From Desulfomonilia bacterium (lineage in GTDB: Bacteria; Desulfobacterota; Desulfomonilia; UBA1062): 64,000 nucleotides of DNA. The DNA is taken from assembly GCA_963664325.2 (NCBI GenBank), contig CAXXDQ010000003.1, forward strand, positions 1,078,563-1,142,562, written 5' to 3'. The position numbers were made by a program, and so were the translations under genes. The notes under the pieces were generated by a model, which saw only the letters and a program-made list of their open reading frames with translations, ran no database searches and was not told the origin of the DNA. Shown here one piece after another: positions 50,368 to 59,397 of this stretch (positions are counted from its first letter, which is position 1; each line of letters starts with the position of its first letter).

Positions 50368-52764
50368 ATGACCAAAAGGGTATATTTTGTTGTCATGATT
50401 TTGGCTGCATTGCTAACCTGTTCATGCCGCCTGAAATCAGAAGGTCCGTGGCATGGGGAACGGACGGATTATCCGAGGACAATTTACAGGGCGGATCAGC
50501 TCGGATCAATAAAAGAAAGACTTACCCGCTATCCCTATAATGTCCTTTACAGCAGGGTCTTGTCACAGGCAGGACGGACCCCTGCACCTCCGGCACAGAA
50601 ATATGATCCGCCGACCCAGTATGACAATGCCAATATCGCAAAATCTGCCGCGTTCGTATATTCCCTTACCGGCGATGGTTCATCCAGGCAGAAGGCTGTC
50701 GATATTTTAAAAACCATACCGCAGGAATTCGGCAGCCTGACCTTTGATCTTCTGGATTACGACATACATATAGCAGAATCAATCATGTGCTATGCACAGG
50801 CGCTGGATATGCTGCTCGGCGCAGAGGCGCTCAGTTCAACAGAAAGAAAAACAATAGAAGACAGGCTGGGAAACATTACTGATAAGTTCTTTAACAACTG
50901 GGCTGAGTTGATCTGCGGGGCATATGAATTTTCCCGCAACAACCACCATACCAAGACCGCATCGGCATTCGGAATAGCAGCTATTGTTCTCAATAAGCAC
51001 CCGATGGCAAAGATTTGGATAGACTATGCCATGAACGAGGTTGAGGCCGACCTTAACAACCTGATTACACCTGACGGCGGCTATGCTGAAGGCCCGAACT
51101 ACTGGACATACTCCGCTGTGAACGTCCTTCCTTTCGCATGGGCCTACCGTACATTTACAGGCGGCCAGTCCGGGGTATTTACTGACAGACCGTGTTATCT
51201 GAGCGGTCTGGGGCAGAATGGAAAAACAGTGACAGTCAATGATCTGTTCAGCGACTGGAAACTTAAAGCGGTCTCTGAATGGATGATAAAGGTACGCCAG
51301 CCAGACGGGCTTACTCCGCCGATTGATGATTCTAATATGAGCGGTTATTTTAATGCAATTCTGTCTGGGGTTTACGGCGACGGCGTTTTTGCATGGGACT
51401 GGCTGACTTCATCTTCATATCTGATGTCCCAGAGCTGTGCAGATATCAGTGTTGATATAATCTGTGCATATGACGACAGCGTAGTCTTGCATGAACCGTC
51501 AATGAATCCCAGCATATTCATGCCGGAGTCCGGACATGCTGTAATGAGGAGCGGCTGGGGTCAAAGTGACAGCTATGTATTGTTTCAGGCTGAAAACGGT
51601 ATGGCGCGTAAAAGCGGCTACGGACATGAACATCCTGACGGACTCAGCTTCATTCTTTATGCGTTCGGCAAAAGCCTGGCAATAGACAGCGGATACATCA
51701 ATTGGGAAAATCATGACCTTGTAAGGTATGCAAAAAACCACAATGTCATACTCGTTGACGGCAAAGGCCCCGAGCCAGGCCTTTATACGGCAGGAGGAGT
51801 CGATGCTTTCTTCAGCGATTTCATGACTACTTCATTTATGGATTTCAGTTCCGCATGGACCGAATTTTCCGGTATAAGGCATACACGCTCGCTGTTGTTT
51901 CCCGGCAAGAGATATCTGGTGGTCTCGGATGATATAGGTTTGAAAAGCATATTGACGCATACCTACAACTGGCTGCTGCACGGCAATGGAGGCGGTTCTA
52001 CAGGCGGCACATTTTCCCGGGAAGCCAGTGGAGGCATCTGGAATAACGGTAATGCAGAATTGGAAGCGGTCGTCGTATCCCCTGAGGGGAACCCGGTACT
52101 GAGCAGTCATGATGATTATCATGGTTTTACCTGGGGAGTTAAGGAGACGCACAGCGTGCTCCAGGCAGATGTTAAAGCCAGAAGGGCACGCTACCTGGCG
52201 GTTTTGTATCCTTCGAATGACAGTATGCCGGAACCGGAGATTGCTCCTCAAAATGCCCCGGATGGCGCTGCAATTGCCGTTATGGAGCCGGATGGCATTA
52301 CCCTTGTCAGGACCCAATCGGCAGCAAAACTGCAGAATAAGTGGACTCTGGACGGAATTGACGGACATCCTGAATTTCCTTCCATTGGAAGCGATGCAGG
52401 GTTTTCCCTGATTTCAGCAGATGGCATGGGGGTTGTAAAACAGATATTCATTCAGGATGCATCATGTCTGAGCATTGGAGGTACTGAAATCATAAAGGCT
52501 GATTCGAGGCTAGTTTTAGCCCTTTCGATAGGTACTGGCATTATCAGCGGGCATGTAATTGCACAGGATGGATGCCGTATCGATATCCTGACTGGAACAG
52601 CTCCTTTGTCAGTCGAGGGCAGTACGATAACAGGTTATTCATCATCTGCAGACGGCATTACCAGGATTGCTTTTTCAGGTCAGGGAGATTTTTCGGTTTA
52701 CCTTTCAGGGGATTCAATTATTGAAAGGATTGCTTCCGATAGGACCCTGCTTCCTGTTCAATAG
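50368..52764 (+). CDS. Heparinase II/III-like (polysaccharide lyase family) lipoprotein
   Basis: 798 aa. MTKRVYFVVMILAALLTCSC signal/lipobox. Alpha-toroid-like N-terminal half, then HEHPDGLSFILYAFGKSLAIDSGY ... KNHNVILVDGKG, which is typical of the heparinase II/III C-terminal domain. Confidence 0.7.
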   Translation: MTKRVYFVVMILAALLTCSCRLKSEGPWHGERTDYPRTIYRADQLGSIKERLTRYPYNVLYSRVLSQAGRTPAPPAQKYDPPTQYDNANIAKSAAFVYSLTGDGSSRQKAVDILKTIPQEFGSLTFDLLDYDIHIAESIMCYAQALDMLLGAEALSSTERKTIEDRLGNITDKFFNNWAELICGAYEFSRNNHHTKTASAFGIAAIVLNKHPMAKIWIDYAMNEVEADLNNLITPDGGYAEGPNYWTYSAVNVLPFAWAYRTFTGGQSGVFTDRPCYLSGLGQNGKTVTVNDLFSDWKLKAVSEWMIKVRQPDGLTPPIDDSNMSGYFNAILSGVYGDGVFAWDWLTSSSYLMSQSCADISVDIICAYDDSVVLHEPSMNPSIFMPESGHAVMRSGWGQSDSYVLFQAENGMARKSGYGHEHPDGLSFILYAFGKSLAIDSGYINWENHDLVRYAKNHNVILVDGKGPEPGLYTAGGVDAFFSDFMTTSFMDFSSAWTEFSGIRHTRSLLFPGKRYLVVSDDIGLKSILTHTYNWLLHGNGGGSTGGTFSREASGGIWNNGNAELEAVVVSPEGNPVLSSHDDYHGFTWGVKETHSVLQADVKARRARYLAVLYPSNDSMPEPEIAPQNAPDGAAIAVMEPDGITLVRTQSAAKLQNKWTLDGIDGHPEFPSIGSDAGFSLISADGMGVVKQIFIQDASCLSIGGTEIIKADSRLVLALSIGTGIISGHVIAQDGCRIDILTGTAPLSVEGSTITGYSSSADGITRIAFSGQGDFSVYLSGDSIIERIASDRTLLPVQ

Positions 52765-53147
52765 CCAAAAAGCACCCGGATATCAGGTACGGGCGCGCAA
52801 GAGATTTCAATGACTCGTAAGTGAAATTTTAAATAGCCAAGATATATTTAGCAAATAGAAGGAAATCATTAAAAATCAAAGGTCGGCCATAACAGTAAGA
52901 ATTATCAAAATTGAAAATCTTGGCAGATGCTAGATGTCAAGGGTTTTAATAAAAAACTGCAAGCCTAAGAACTGCAAGGAAAAATACCATAACTATATGA
53001 AATAACAAAGCAATACAAATTCATTTTTAACATTTGCCAATCGTGTGCAATCAGGTTTGACGTTTGATTTATCCTGGTACAGTATCGGGTTACATCAAGT
53101 TTATCCATCTTGCCTTTTTGTTAAATTGTTGGGGGAGTAATTTTTTT

Positions 53148-54446
53148 ATGCCTAGCTCTGTGAGCACAAGGGGTGTTCTTTTTGACGGTATTGCTCCGTC
53201 CGAACAGGCACTTCTGGATCAGATCGAAATAGAAGAAAGACAAGGGTCTGTTTTTGTAAAGTGCCCGAACCTTTTTATAGAGCAGCATGTCAAGCGCACT
53301 TATGCCGAAAGGATCAGGAAGGCCTTTGGCAGGGAAGTTGAGTTCGGCATCGCAGGGAGATCACCTGAACCGCATAAATCAGTAAACAGGCCTGTACAGA
53401 TGATGCTTCCTGATACGGCACCGATGGCAGTGGGGGTCAATCCCAAGTTCACATTTGATAATTTCGTCGTCGGGAACTGCAACTCGTTTGCTTATCAGGC
53501 GGCACAGGCTGTAGTGGATGAAGGGACCAGATATTCCCCTCTTTATTATTATTCCGATACGGGGCTTGGGAAGAGCCATATTGCACATGCAATAGGAAAC
53601 GGATTTATAAAAAGGAAAAAAGGTATAAAGGCAAAATACACAACCGCCCAGGACTTTTCACAGGAGTACGTGTACGCAGTAAGGAACGACTGCCTCGAAA
53701 AATTCAAGAGGACCTACAGATGCGGGCTGGACCTGCTGTTTATTGATGATGTCCATGTTTTTTCGAGCAAGGAAAAAACGCAGATGGAGGTGTCTTCACT
53801 GCTCGATGACATCATGGCTCTGGGCACCCAGGTAGTATTCGCAGGATACAGACCGCCAGGGACCATTCAGCAGCTTGACAAGGGGCTGAAGTCAAGAATG
53901 TCTTCGGGACTCATGATACATATCAAATCGCCTGACCTCCTGACAAGAGCGGCAATTGTCAGGGCCAAGGCCGGCGCCGAGAGCATCGTTATGCCTGATG
54001 AGGTTGTGGATTTCATTAGCGGTACTGTTGTCAGCAATATCAGGGACCTTGAAAGTGCCGTTATGACGGTAATAGCAATGGCATCGCTCATGAAGCGCGA
54101 GATAAATATGGATATCGTAAAAGAAGCGCTTGAAGGTACGGTAACAAGAAGGACACGGATAGACATACCCTTTATCCAGGAAGTTGTTTCAAAAAATTTC
54201 GGTGTTGACAGGACAGCCCTTGTATCGCCTTCAAGGAAAAAGGAAATTGCCTATCCCAGACAGATTGCGATTTACCTGTGCAGGCAGTACACCAGGGATT
54301 CCCTGCAGATGATAGGCGAGGCGTTCGGCAGAAAGCATTCATCCGTCATCCATACGCTGGAAGTCATGGATGCTCAGTACAGGGACAACCTTAAGACGAA
54401 GAAGGAAGTGGATTTTATTATGGAGAAGATAGAGTCCGGGGTCTGA
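53148..54446 (+). CDS. dnaA: Chromosomal replication initiator DnaA-family protein (divergent P-loop)
   Basis: Domain III: NPKFTFDNFVVGNCN, P-loop YYYSDTGLGKSH, Walker B LLFIDDVH. Domain IV: AYPRQIAIYLCRQYT...IGEAFGRKHSSVIH. GGGGAG precedes the ATG at 53148 (track ORF starts at 53064). Confidence 0.85.
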   Translation: MPSSVSTRGVLFDGIAPSEQALLDQIEIEERQGSVFVKCPNLFIEQHVKRTYAERIRKAFGREVEFGIAGRSPEPHKSVNRPVQMMLPDTAPMAVGVNPKFTFDNFVVGNCNSFAYQAAQAVVDEGTRYSPLYYYSDTGLGKSHIAHAIGNGFIKRKKGIKAKYTTAQDFSQEYVYAVRNDCLEKFKRTYRCGLDLLFIDDVHVFSSKEKTQMEVSSLLDDIMALGTQVVFAGYRPPGTIQQLDKGLKSRMSSGLMIHIKSPDLLTRAAIVRAKAGAESIVMPDEVVDFISGTVVSNIRDLESAVMTVIAMASLMKREINMDIVKEALEGTVTRRTRIDIPFIQEVVSKNFGVDRTALVSPSRKKEIAYPRQIAIYLCRQYTRDSLQMIGEAFGRKHSSVIHTLEVMDAQYRDNLKTKKEVDFIMEKIESGV

Positions 54447-54758
54447 GCCTGATTTCCGCTTCGCATTCAAGCGCTTCCTTTGTCGGCTGCGTCGGAATGC
54501 TCCTCGACATACGTCAAAGTATGCCTGCGTTGCTTCCTCCTTGCTTTCGCGGCAGCATCTTGAATGAATAGCGGAATAAACAGGGCAGGGCGTGATAGCT
54601 TTGATTCGGGCTATGAAGGCCCTCATCCTTCGGGTGCGACTACGTCGCGTCAATTTTTGTGATGCAAAAATTTGCATCCTATTGACATTTTCTTGTCTCA
54701 TCATTCCGGCTTATAATGAGTTATTGAGCTGTCGAGCCGTTAAGTAAAACCTTTATTA

Positions 54759-54975
54759 AGAGTTTGATCCTGCTTATCAGCTGATGAAAATGTCTCTGTC
54801 CTCGGCCTGCCTTGTTCCGACATACTGCAAGTTAATCAGGAAAGATGCTTATTGGATATTTCAAAATGTAGCATGTGAAGGATTATGGCCAGCGCTTGTT
54901 GGTATAGTGCGGCAGTTGTATCTTTTTGCGGTGCAATTTGATAAAAATGGCCCAATGGAAATAAATAATACCGGC
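54759..54975 (+). other. Degenerate fragment resembling the 5' end of 16S rRNA
   Basis: An exact 14-mer AGAGTTTGATCCTG (54759-54772) matches the universal 27F site. It is followed in the same order by weaker matches: GGCCTGCCT...ACATACTGCAAGT (compare GGCGTGCCTAACACATGCAAGT) and GGAAATAAATAATACCGG (compare GGAAAC..GCTAATACCG). No full SSU gene follows. Confidence 0.3.
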
Positions 54976-55026
54976 GGGCTGAAGGAAACCACGCAACAGT
55001 CATAAGCCGCATCAAAGGCGGAAGAT

Positions 55027-55686
55027 ATGGCCAAAATAAAGAAAGTCGAGGGTTCAAGAAACAACGTTTCATCAGGCAGCAGGTATAACAAAACGCCCTA
55101 TACGATTGCCGACAACAGCGCCTTTCATGGACTTGACGAACTGCGGGTGCTGTTGCCGGATGATGATAGCAGGCTCCTTATTCTCGAAGACAAGTTTCTT
55201 CTGCGCGACGCAAGCCTGATGATAAAGATGCAGAAAGACCTGTTCCGTTTATATGGCGGAGAGCAACCACACCGCTCCCCAAAAGAAACCAGGCCCCGCA
55301 AAGAGCCGCCGAAACTGACGAAATCAATCGATCCGGAGGTGCTTAAAGAACGCCTGTTTGTACTGATTGAAAATGAAGAGCCTTATCTTGAGGAAGGCTT
55401 GACCTTGGCTTCGCTTGCACATGCCATTGATATCGAACCTCATCAGCTTACCCTTTTTTTAAACCGCCATTTGAAAACCAATTTCCACGATTTCATCAAT
55501 GCATACCGGATTGAGGCTGCGAAAAAACTCCTTGTGAACGAACCGTCTGATAAAATCCTGGCCATTGCGTTCAGGACCGGCTTTAATTCAAAGGCCAGTT
55601 TTAACCGCGTTTTCAGGAAGATTACTGGCCTGACTCCGAGCCAGTACCGTAAGAAGACAGCTGAACCGCCTGAGGATTCCAGGTAA
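55027..55686 (+). CDS. AraC-family transcriptional regulator
   Basis: 219 aa. C-terminal double HTH LASLAHAIDIEPHQLTLFLNRHL...ILAIAFRTGFNSKASFNRVFRKITGLTPSQYR. Confidence 0.85.
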   Translation: MAKIKKVEGSRNNVSSGSRYNKTPYTIADNSAFHGLDELRVLLPDDDSRLLILEDKFLLRDASLMIKMQKDLFRLYGGEQPHRSPKETRPRKEPPKLTKSIDPEVLKERLFVLIENEEPYLEEGLTLASLAHAIDIEPHQLTLFLNRHLKTNFHDFINAYRIEAAKKLLVNEPSDKILAIAFRTGFNSKASFNRVFRKITGLTPSQYRKKTAEPPEDSR

Positions 55687-55720
55687 TCCATTCAGTCCTG
55701 ATCGGAAAAATTTTAAAACA

Positions 55721-55747
55721 TCGTCTCAATTTATTAACTTGAGACGA
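55721..55747 (+). terminator. Hairpin terminator candidate after the AraC gene
   Basis: TCGTCTCAA-TTTATTAAC-TTGAGACGA forms a 9-bp stem. The downstream sequence is T-rich (ACTTTATTTT). Confidence 0.45.
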
Positions 55748-55801
55748 CAGACTTTATTTTCAGGCTCATTGCTGGCTGTATACTGTTTTTGTTGAAAGGG
55801 G

Positions 55802-56323
55802 ATGAGAATGAAGTTGCTCGATAAACTTGATAAAAAACAAATCAGGGAATTTTTTTCAAAAGGATGGATGACCCATGATGCTATGTGGCTGTATCACTGC
55901 ATGAAGGAACTGGGACCGGAAAAGGCAAACGAAATCAATATTTCAGCGGTACATTCCATGTCCCTTGTCGAGATTAAAAGAATTCTTAAACTCATGGGCC
56001 GGAGCAATGAACCTGTACTGACATATGCCGAGCTTGAGGAGATCATCGATACGACTTACAAGCTGATACAGCCTGAATTCATGAAGCTCTACTATGGATT
56101 TCCGGAAAAGAACCTGTTCAGGGGCGGATTTCATGAATGCTTTGCTTATGAGGGGGTGAAAAAGTTCGGGATGCAGGATGTCTACCGGTGCGGAATTCTT
56201 GAAAGGGTGAAGGGATGGTTTGAAGGAATGGGTGTGAAATATGAAATGACCCCGGAGATTACCGGCTGCCTCATGCGAACCGGAGGCAAGTGCGAAGTGG
56301 AGTTCCGGACCAGGCTGGCCTGA
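55802..56323 (+). CDS. Hypothetical protein (possibly of the ATC-hydrolase/DUF6125 type; tentative)
   Basis: 173 aa with AAGGGG upstream. Cys-containing C-terminus ...ITGCLMRTGGKCEVEFRT. The family assignment rests on memory only. Confidence 0.5.
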   Translation: MRMKLLDKLDKKQIREFFSKGWMTHDAMWLYHCMKELGPEKANEINISAVHSMSLVEIKRILKLMGRSNEPVLTYAELEEIIDTTYKLIQPEFMKLYYGFPEKNLFRGGFHECFAYEGVKKFGMQDVYRCGILERVKGWFEGMGVKYEMTPEITGCLMRTGGKCEVEFRTRLA

Positions 56324-56380
56324 CAAATGATAACAGAGACCGTGGTGAAATTCTCAATAGGCTATAAAGAAGGAGACTGT

Positions 56381-56803
56381 ATGATGCGAAAACGAACGCT
56401 TCAGGTTGATTTGTCAATTGCGGTTAAGACGTACGACATTGATTTCCTGGGTATTGTCAGCAACATCTCGTATATTCGCTGGCTGGAAGATTTGCGGCTA
56501 CGTATGCTGGAAGTTCATTATCCTCTGCAACAGCTTGTTTCGGAATTGATCGTGCCAGTTCTTACTCGGACTCATATCGAATACAGGCGGCCTGTCAGAA
56601 TGCATGATAAGGTTACCGGAAGCCTCTGGATGGAGAAATTCGACTCTTCGGGCTGGATTGCTGATGCTGAATTCATGGTTAACGGCAAAATCGCTGCTAC
56701 TGCAAGCCAGAGTGGTGTGTTTATCAATATCGGGACCATGAAACCCGCTAAACCGCCGGAAGGTCTGCAAAAGAAGTTTGACGAGGAGATTCGCGGATCA
56801 TAG
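56381..56803 (+). CDS. Acyl-CoA thioesterase (hotdog fold, YbgC/4HBT-like)
   Basis: AGGAG lies 5 nt upstream of the ATG at 56381 (track ORF starts at 56327). VKTYDIDFLGIVSNISYIRWLEDLR...VLTRTHIEYRRPV is the typical 4HBT pattern. Confidence 0.75.
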   Translation: MMRKRTLQVDLSIAVKTYDIDFLGIVSNISYIRWLEDLRLRMLEVHYPLQQLVSELIVPVLTRTHIEYRRPVRMHDKVTGSLWMEKFDSSGWIADAEFMVNGKIAATASQSGVFINIGTMKPAKPPEGLQKKFDEEIRGS

Positions 56804-57106
56804 GAAAAATATAAAGTCCCGGGAGCATGTTTTAACGTTCAGGTTAAAATAAACAGCATGCTGATTAATCCCGGAAAAGCCAAACGCAAATCCGTTGTAC
56901 CGAGGTGTGTTTCGTCTGTAACCGGGACCGAGATGAATGTGATACTTAAGGGTGTCAAAGAGGGCCTGAAAGGTATAGAATAACCTGAAGACATTACTAT
57001 TCCACCTTGTTTATGAATAAAGGGAGCTGGTTTCATTCCTCCTCGGGCACATGAAAGGGATAAAACCAAATTTTATTTCTACAGGTAGTGCTGAAAGCGA
57101 GGGCTT

Positions 57107-58030
57107 ATGAATGAAAAAATAATAGACATGCATACACACCTGGGCAATATTCTCTATCCCGGAGGAGGAGAACTTATAGAGAAAAAAGGCATAAAGAAGG
57201 ACATCAAATTCGACATAATCACACTTTCAGAAAAGATGCTGCACTTTGATCTGGGCGACAAGTCAATGGAGCGTAAAATGTTTGGTAAGTGGATAACACT
57301 TGCCGAAAGGGCAAGAAACCTTACCGCAACAAGAGAGAATATGCGCCGCTCAATGGATGAAGCCGGAGTTCTGGCGAATGCAGTTATGCCTGTACCGCCT
57401 TATGTAAATTTTTCAGACCTTGCCGGGGCAGCCAAAAAGGATGGCGGGATTCTCCCGTTTACCGGCATCGATTTTTCTCAATCTTCGGATGCCATTGACT
57501 TGCAGCTTGAAGCAGATGTTAAAGCGGGTGCCAAAGGGTTGAAACTCCACCCCGTTATCCAGAAGGAGAAACTTACCAGCGCTAAAACCATGACAGCGAT
57601 TGAGTCTTTCATGCGTTATAACCTTCCTGTCTTATGCCATTGCGGGATGTCATCCTATTACCCCTTGAACGAACACTACATGGAAGAATCCTTATACGGT
57701 GAGATATTTTATATCAGAAATCTCGCCCGCGCGTTTCCAGAAGTCAGGTTCATAGCAGGCCACTCTGGACTGTATGAGGTGGAGGACGCCATAAATATGC
57801 TGCATCCCTATGGCAATGTATACATGGAAATATCCTTCCAGAATCCCAGGACTATCCGAAGGCTTATAAAGACATTCGGCCCGGAAAGGATTCTATATGG
57901 AACGGATTGGCCCTGGGGCGACAGGCTCACGGCGGTAAAGTGCGTGCAGCGCGCATGCGGTAAGGACAAGATAATGGCCGGACGCATCTTTTATGAGAAT
58001 GCAGCGGAACTCCTGTATATTAATGAATGA
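57107..58030 (+). CDS. Amidohydrolase-2 family metal-dependent hydrolase
   Basis: 307 aa. IIDMHTHLG (HxH), GLKLHP, LCHCG, AGHSG and YGTDWPW blocks. Confidence 0.75.
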   Translation: MNEKIIDMHTHLGNILYPGGGELIEKKGIKKDIKFDIITLSEKMLHFDLGDKSMERKMFGKWITLAERARNLTATRENMRRSMDEAGVLANAVMPVPPYVNFSDLAGAAKKDGGILPFTGIDFSQSSDAIDLQLEADVKAGAKGLKLHPVIQKEKLTSAKTMTAIESFMRYNLPVLCHCGMSSYYPLNEHYMEESLYGEIFYIRNLARAFPEVRFIAGHSGLYEVEDAINMLHPYGNVYMEISFQNPRTIRRLIKTFGPERILYGTDWPWGDRLTAVKCVQRACGKDKIMAGRIFYENAAELLYINE

Positions 58031-58108
58031 TCTTTTCATGAATTCCCAAATCACTGTCAGACAGATGCCATGTAGTATATTTTATCTTTTCATATATCTT
58101 TCCCGGCG

Positions 58109-58161
58109 TTGACATGTCATTTATTGGAGAGTAAAAGAGAATGAACGTTCATTCTCTTTTA
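58109..58161 (+). promoter_or_regulatory. Promoter candidate overlapped by a perfect 30-bp palindrome (operator or bidirectional terminator)
   Basis: TTGACA (58109-58114) - 17 nt - TAAAAG (58132-58137). The palindrome TAAAAGAGAATGAACGTTCATTCTCTTTTA (58132-58161) equals its own reverse complement. Confidence 0.45.
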
Positions 58162-58213
58162 TCAAAAACAAAAACTTTCCTCGGGAAAGAAAACATTTTA
58201 TGGAGGTTCGGAT

Positions 58214-59323
58214 ATGAAGATACTGGTACTTGGCGGCGCAGGCGATATGGCGATGGATGTCCTTGATGAACTGGGCAAGGAAAAAAAGGTCAAGCTTATA
58301 ACCATTGCTGACCTTAATCTGGAAAGGGCGAACAAAGAGGCATCAAACAGGGGAAAGCCTTTTACCGCATGCAGGCTGGATGTCAATGAAAGCGCAAATG
58401 TGATCGAGCTTATGAAGCAGCATGACATAACTCTGGGATTTGCAGGGCCGTTTTACTATTTTGAAAAGAAAATAGCTGAAATGGCTATTGAAGCAGGCAA
58501 ACCCTATGTGTCAATTGCCGATGACTATGAATCTTATCTGGATGTCATAACTCTGGAGGAGAAGGCAAAGGAGAAGGGTGTTCATATACTCACCGGCTGG
58601 GGCAATTCTCCGGGCATGACACAGGCCCTTGCAAAGAAAGGCTACATTTCCATGGATGAGCCCAAACGCATAAACGTTCACTGGGCGGCAGGCTCCAACG
58701 AAGCCGCCGGTCCGGCCAATCTGACGCACCTTTTCAATATATTCCAGGGTACATGCAGGCAGACCATACGGGGCAAAGAGGTTGAAGTCCCGTCAGGCAG
58801 CGGCCGGAAGGTCGTCAGATTCCCGTTCCCCATGGGCGAACTGCCGGTATATTATACCGGACACGGAGAGAGCGTATCCATGCCGCGCAATATGCCCGGC
58901 CTTGAGGAAGCCACCCTTCACGGAGGCGTCCAGCCGGCCTATATCCCGCTTCTGGTTATGGGACTGAGCAAATTCGGCCTGATGAACACACATGAAAAAA
59001 GAAAGAAACTGGCCAATTTCTTCTACAAGATCGAGAGTATATTCGGTTCCGGCGGTCTGGACAAATCGGTAGGCCGTGTAGATATTTACGGTATAGACAA
59101 AGGAAAGACGGCGCACCGCACCTATACATACATAGGACACATCGGGAAGATAACCTCTATTCCCTGTGCTGTTGCAGCAATATGGGAGTTGACCGGAAAG
59201 TTCAAGAAAAAACCAGGCGGGGTCTATTCACCGGACAGGATTCTCGATAATCCCGATGAATTCCTGGCTGAACTGATGCGCCGTGGCGTTGAAATATTCT
59301 TCTACGAGGAAGGGCTCGACTAG
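58214..59323 (+). CDS. Saccharopine dehydrogenase-like NAD(P)-binding oxidoreductase
   Basis: 369 aa. MKILVLGGAGDMA Rossmann N-terminus. GGAGG upstream. Confidence 0.7.
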   Translation: MKILVLGGAGDMAMDVLDELGKEKKVKLITIADLNLERANKEASNRGKPFTACRLDVNESANVIELMKQHDITLGFAGPFYYFEKKIAEMAIEAGKPYVSIADDYESYLDVITLEEKAKEKGVHILTGWGNSPGMTQALAKKGYISMDEPKRINVHWAAGSNEAAGPANLTHLFNIFQGTCRQTIRGKEVEVPSGSGRKVVRFPFPMGELPVYYTGHGESVSMPRNMPGLEEATLHGGVQPAYIPLLVMGLSKFGLMNTHEKRKKLANFFYKIESIFGSGGLDKSVGRVDIYGIDKGKTAHRTYTYIGHIGKITSIPCAVAAIWELTGKFKKKPGGVYSPDRILDNPDEFLAELMRRGVEIFFYEEGLD

Positions 59324-59397
59324 AAGAAGCGCATAAGCAAAACAGGTTTGATAGCCCGTGTCTCTTAAAAAGGATACGGGCTTGTTAAGGAGACCGT

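Noticed and set aside
54682-54717. A TTGACA ... TATAAT pair upstream of the 16S-like relic as a functional sigma-70 promoter.
   Set aside because: I counted the spacer as 24 nt, far from the 16-18 nt optimum. At best it is a decayed promoter.
54784-55091. ORFs of 73-78 aa on both strands (54784-55005 +, 54836-55072 -, 54861-55091 -).
   Set aside because: They overlap each other and the 16S-like relic. They lack an RBS and their translations show no recognisable features.
56839-57069. 76-aa minus-strand ORF in the 300-bp gap before the amidohydrolase gene, and the idea of a riboswitch in that gap.
   Set aside because: The ORF lacks an RBS and any family resemblance. I could not recognise any known riboswitch core by eye, so the gap stays unexplained rather than annotated.
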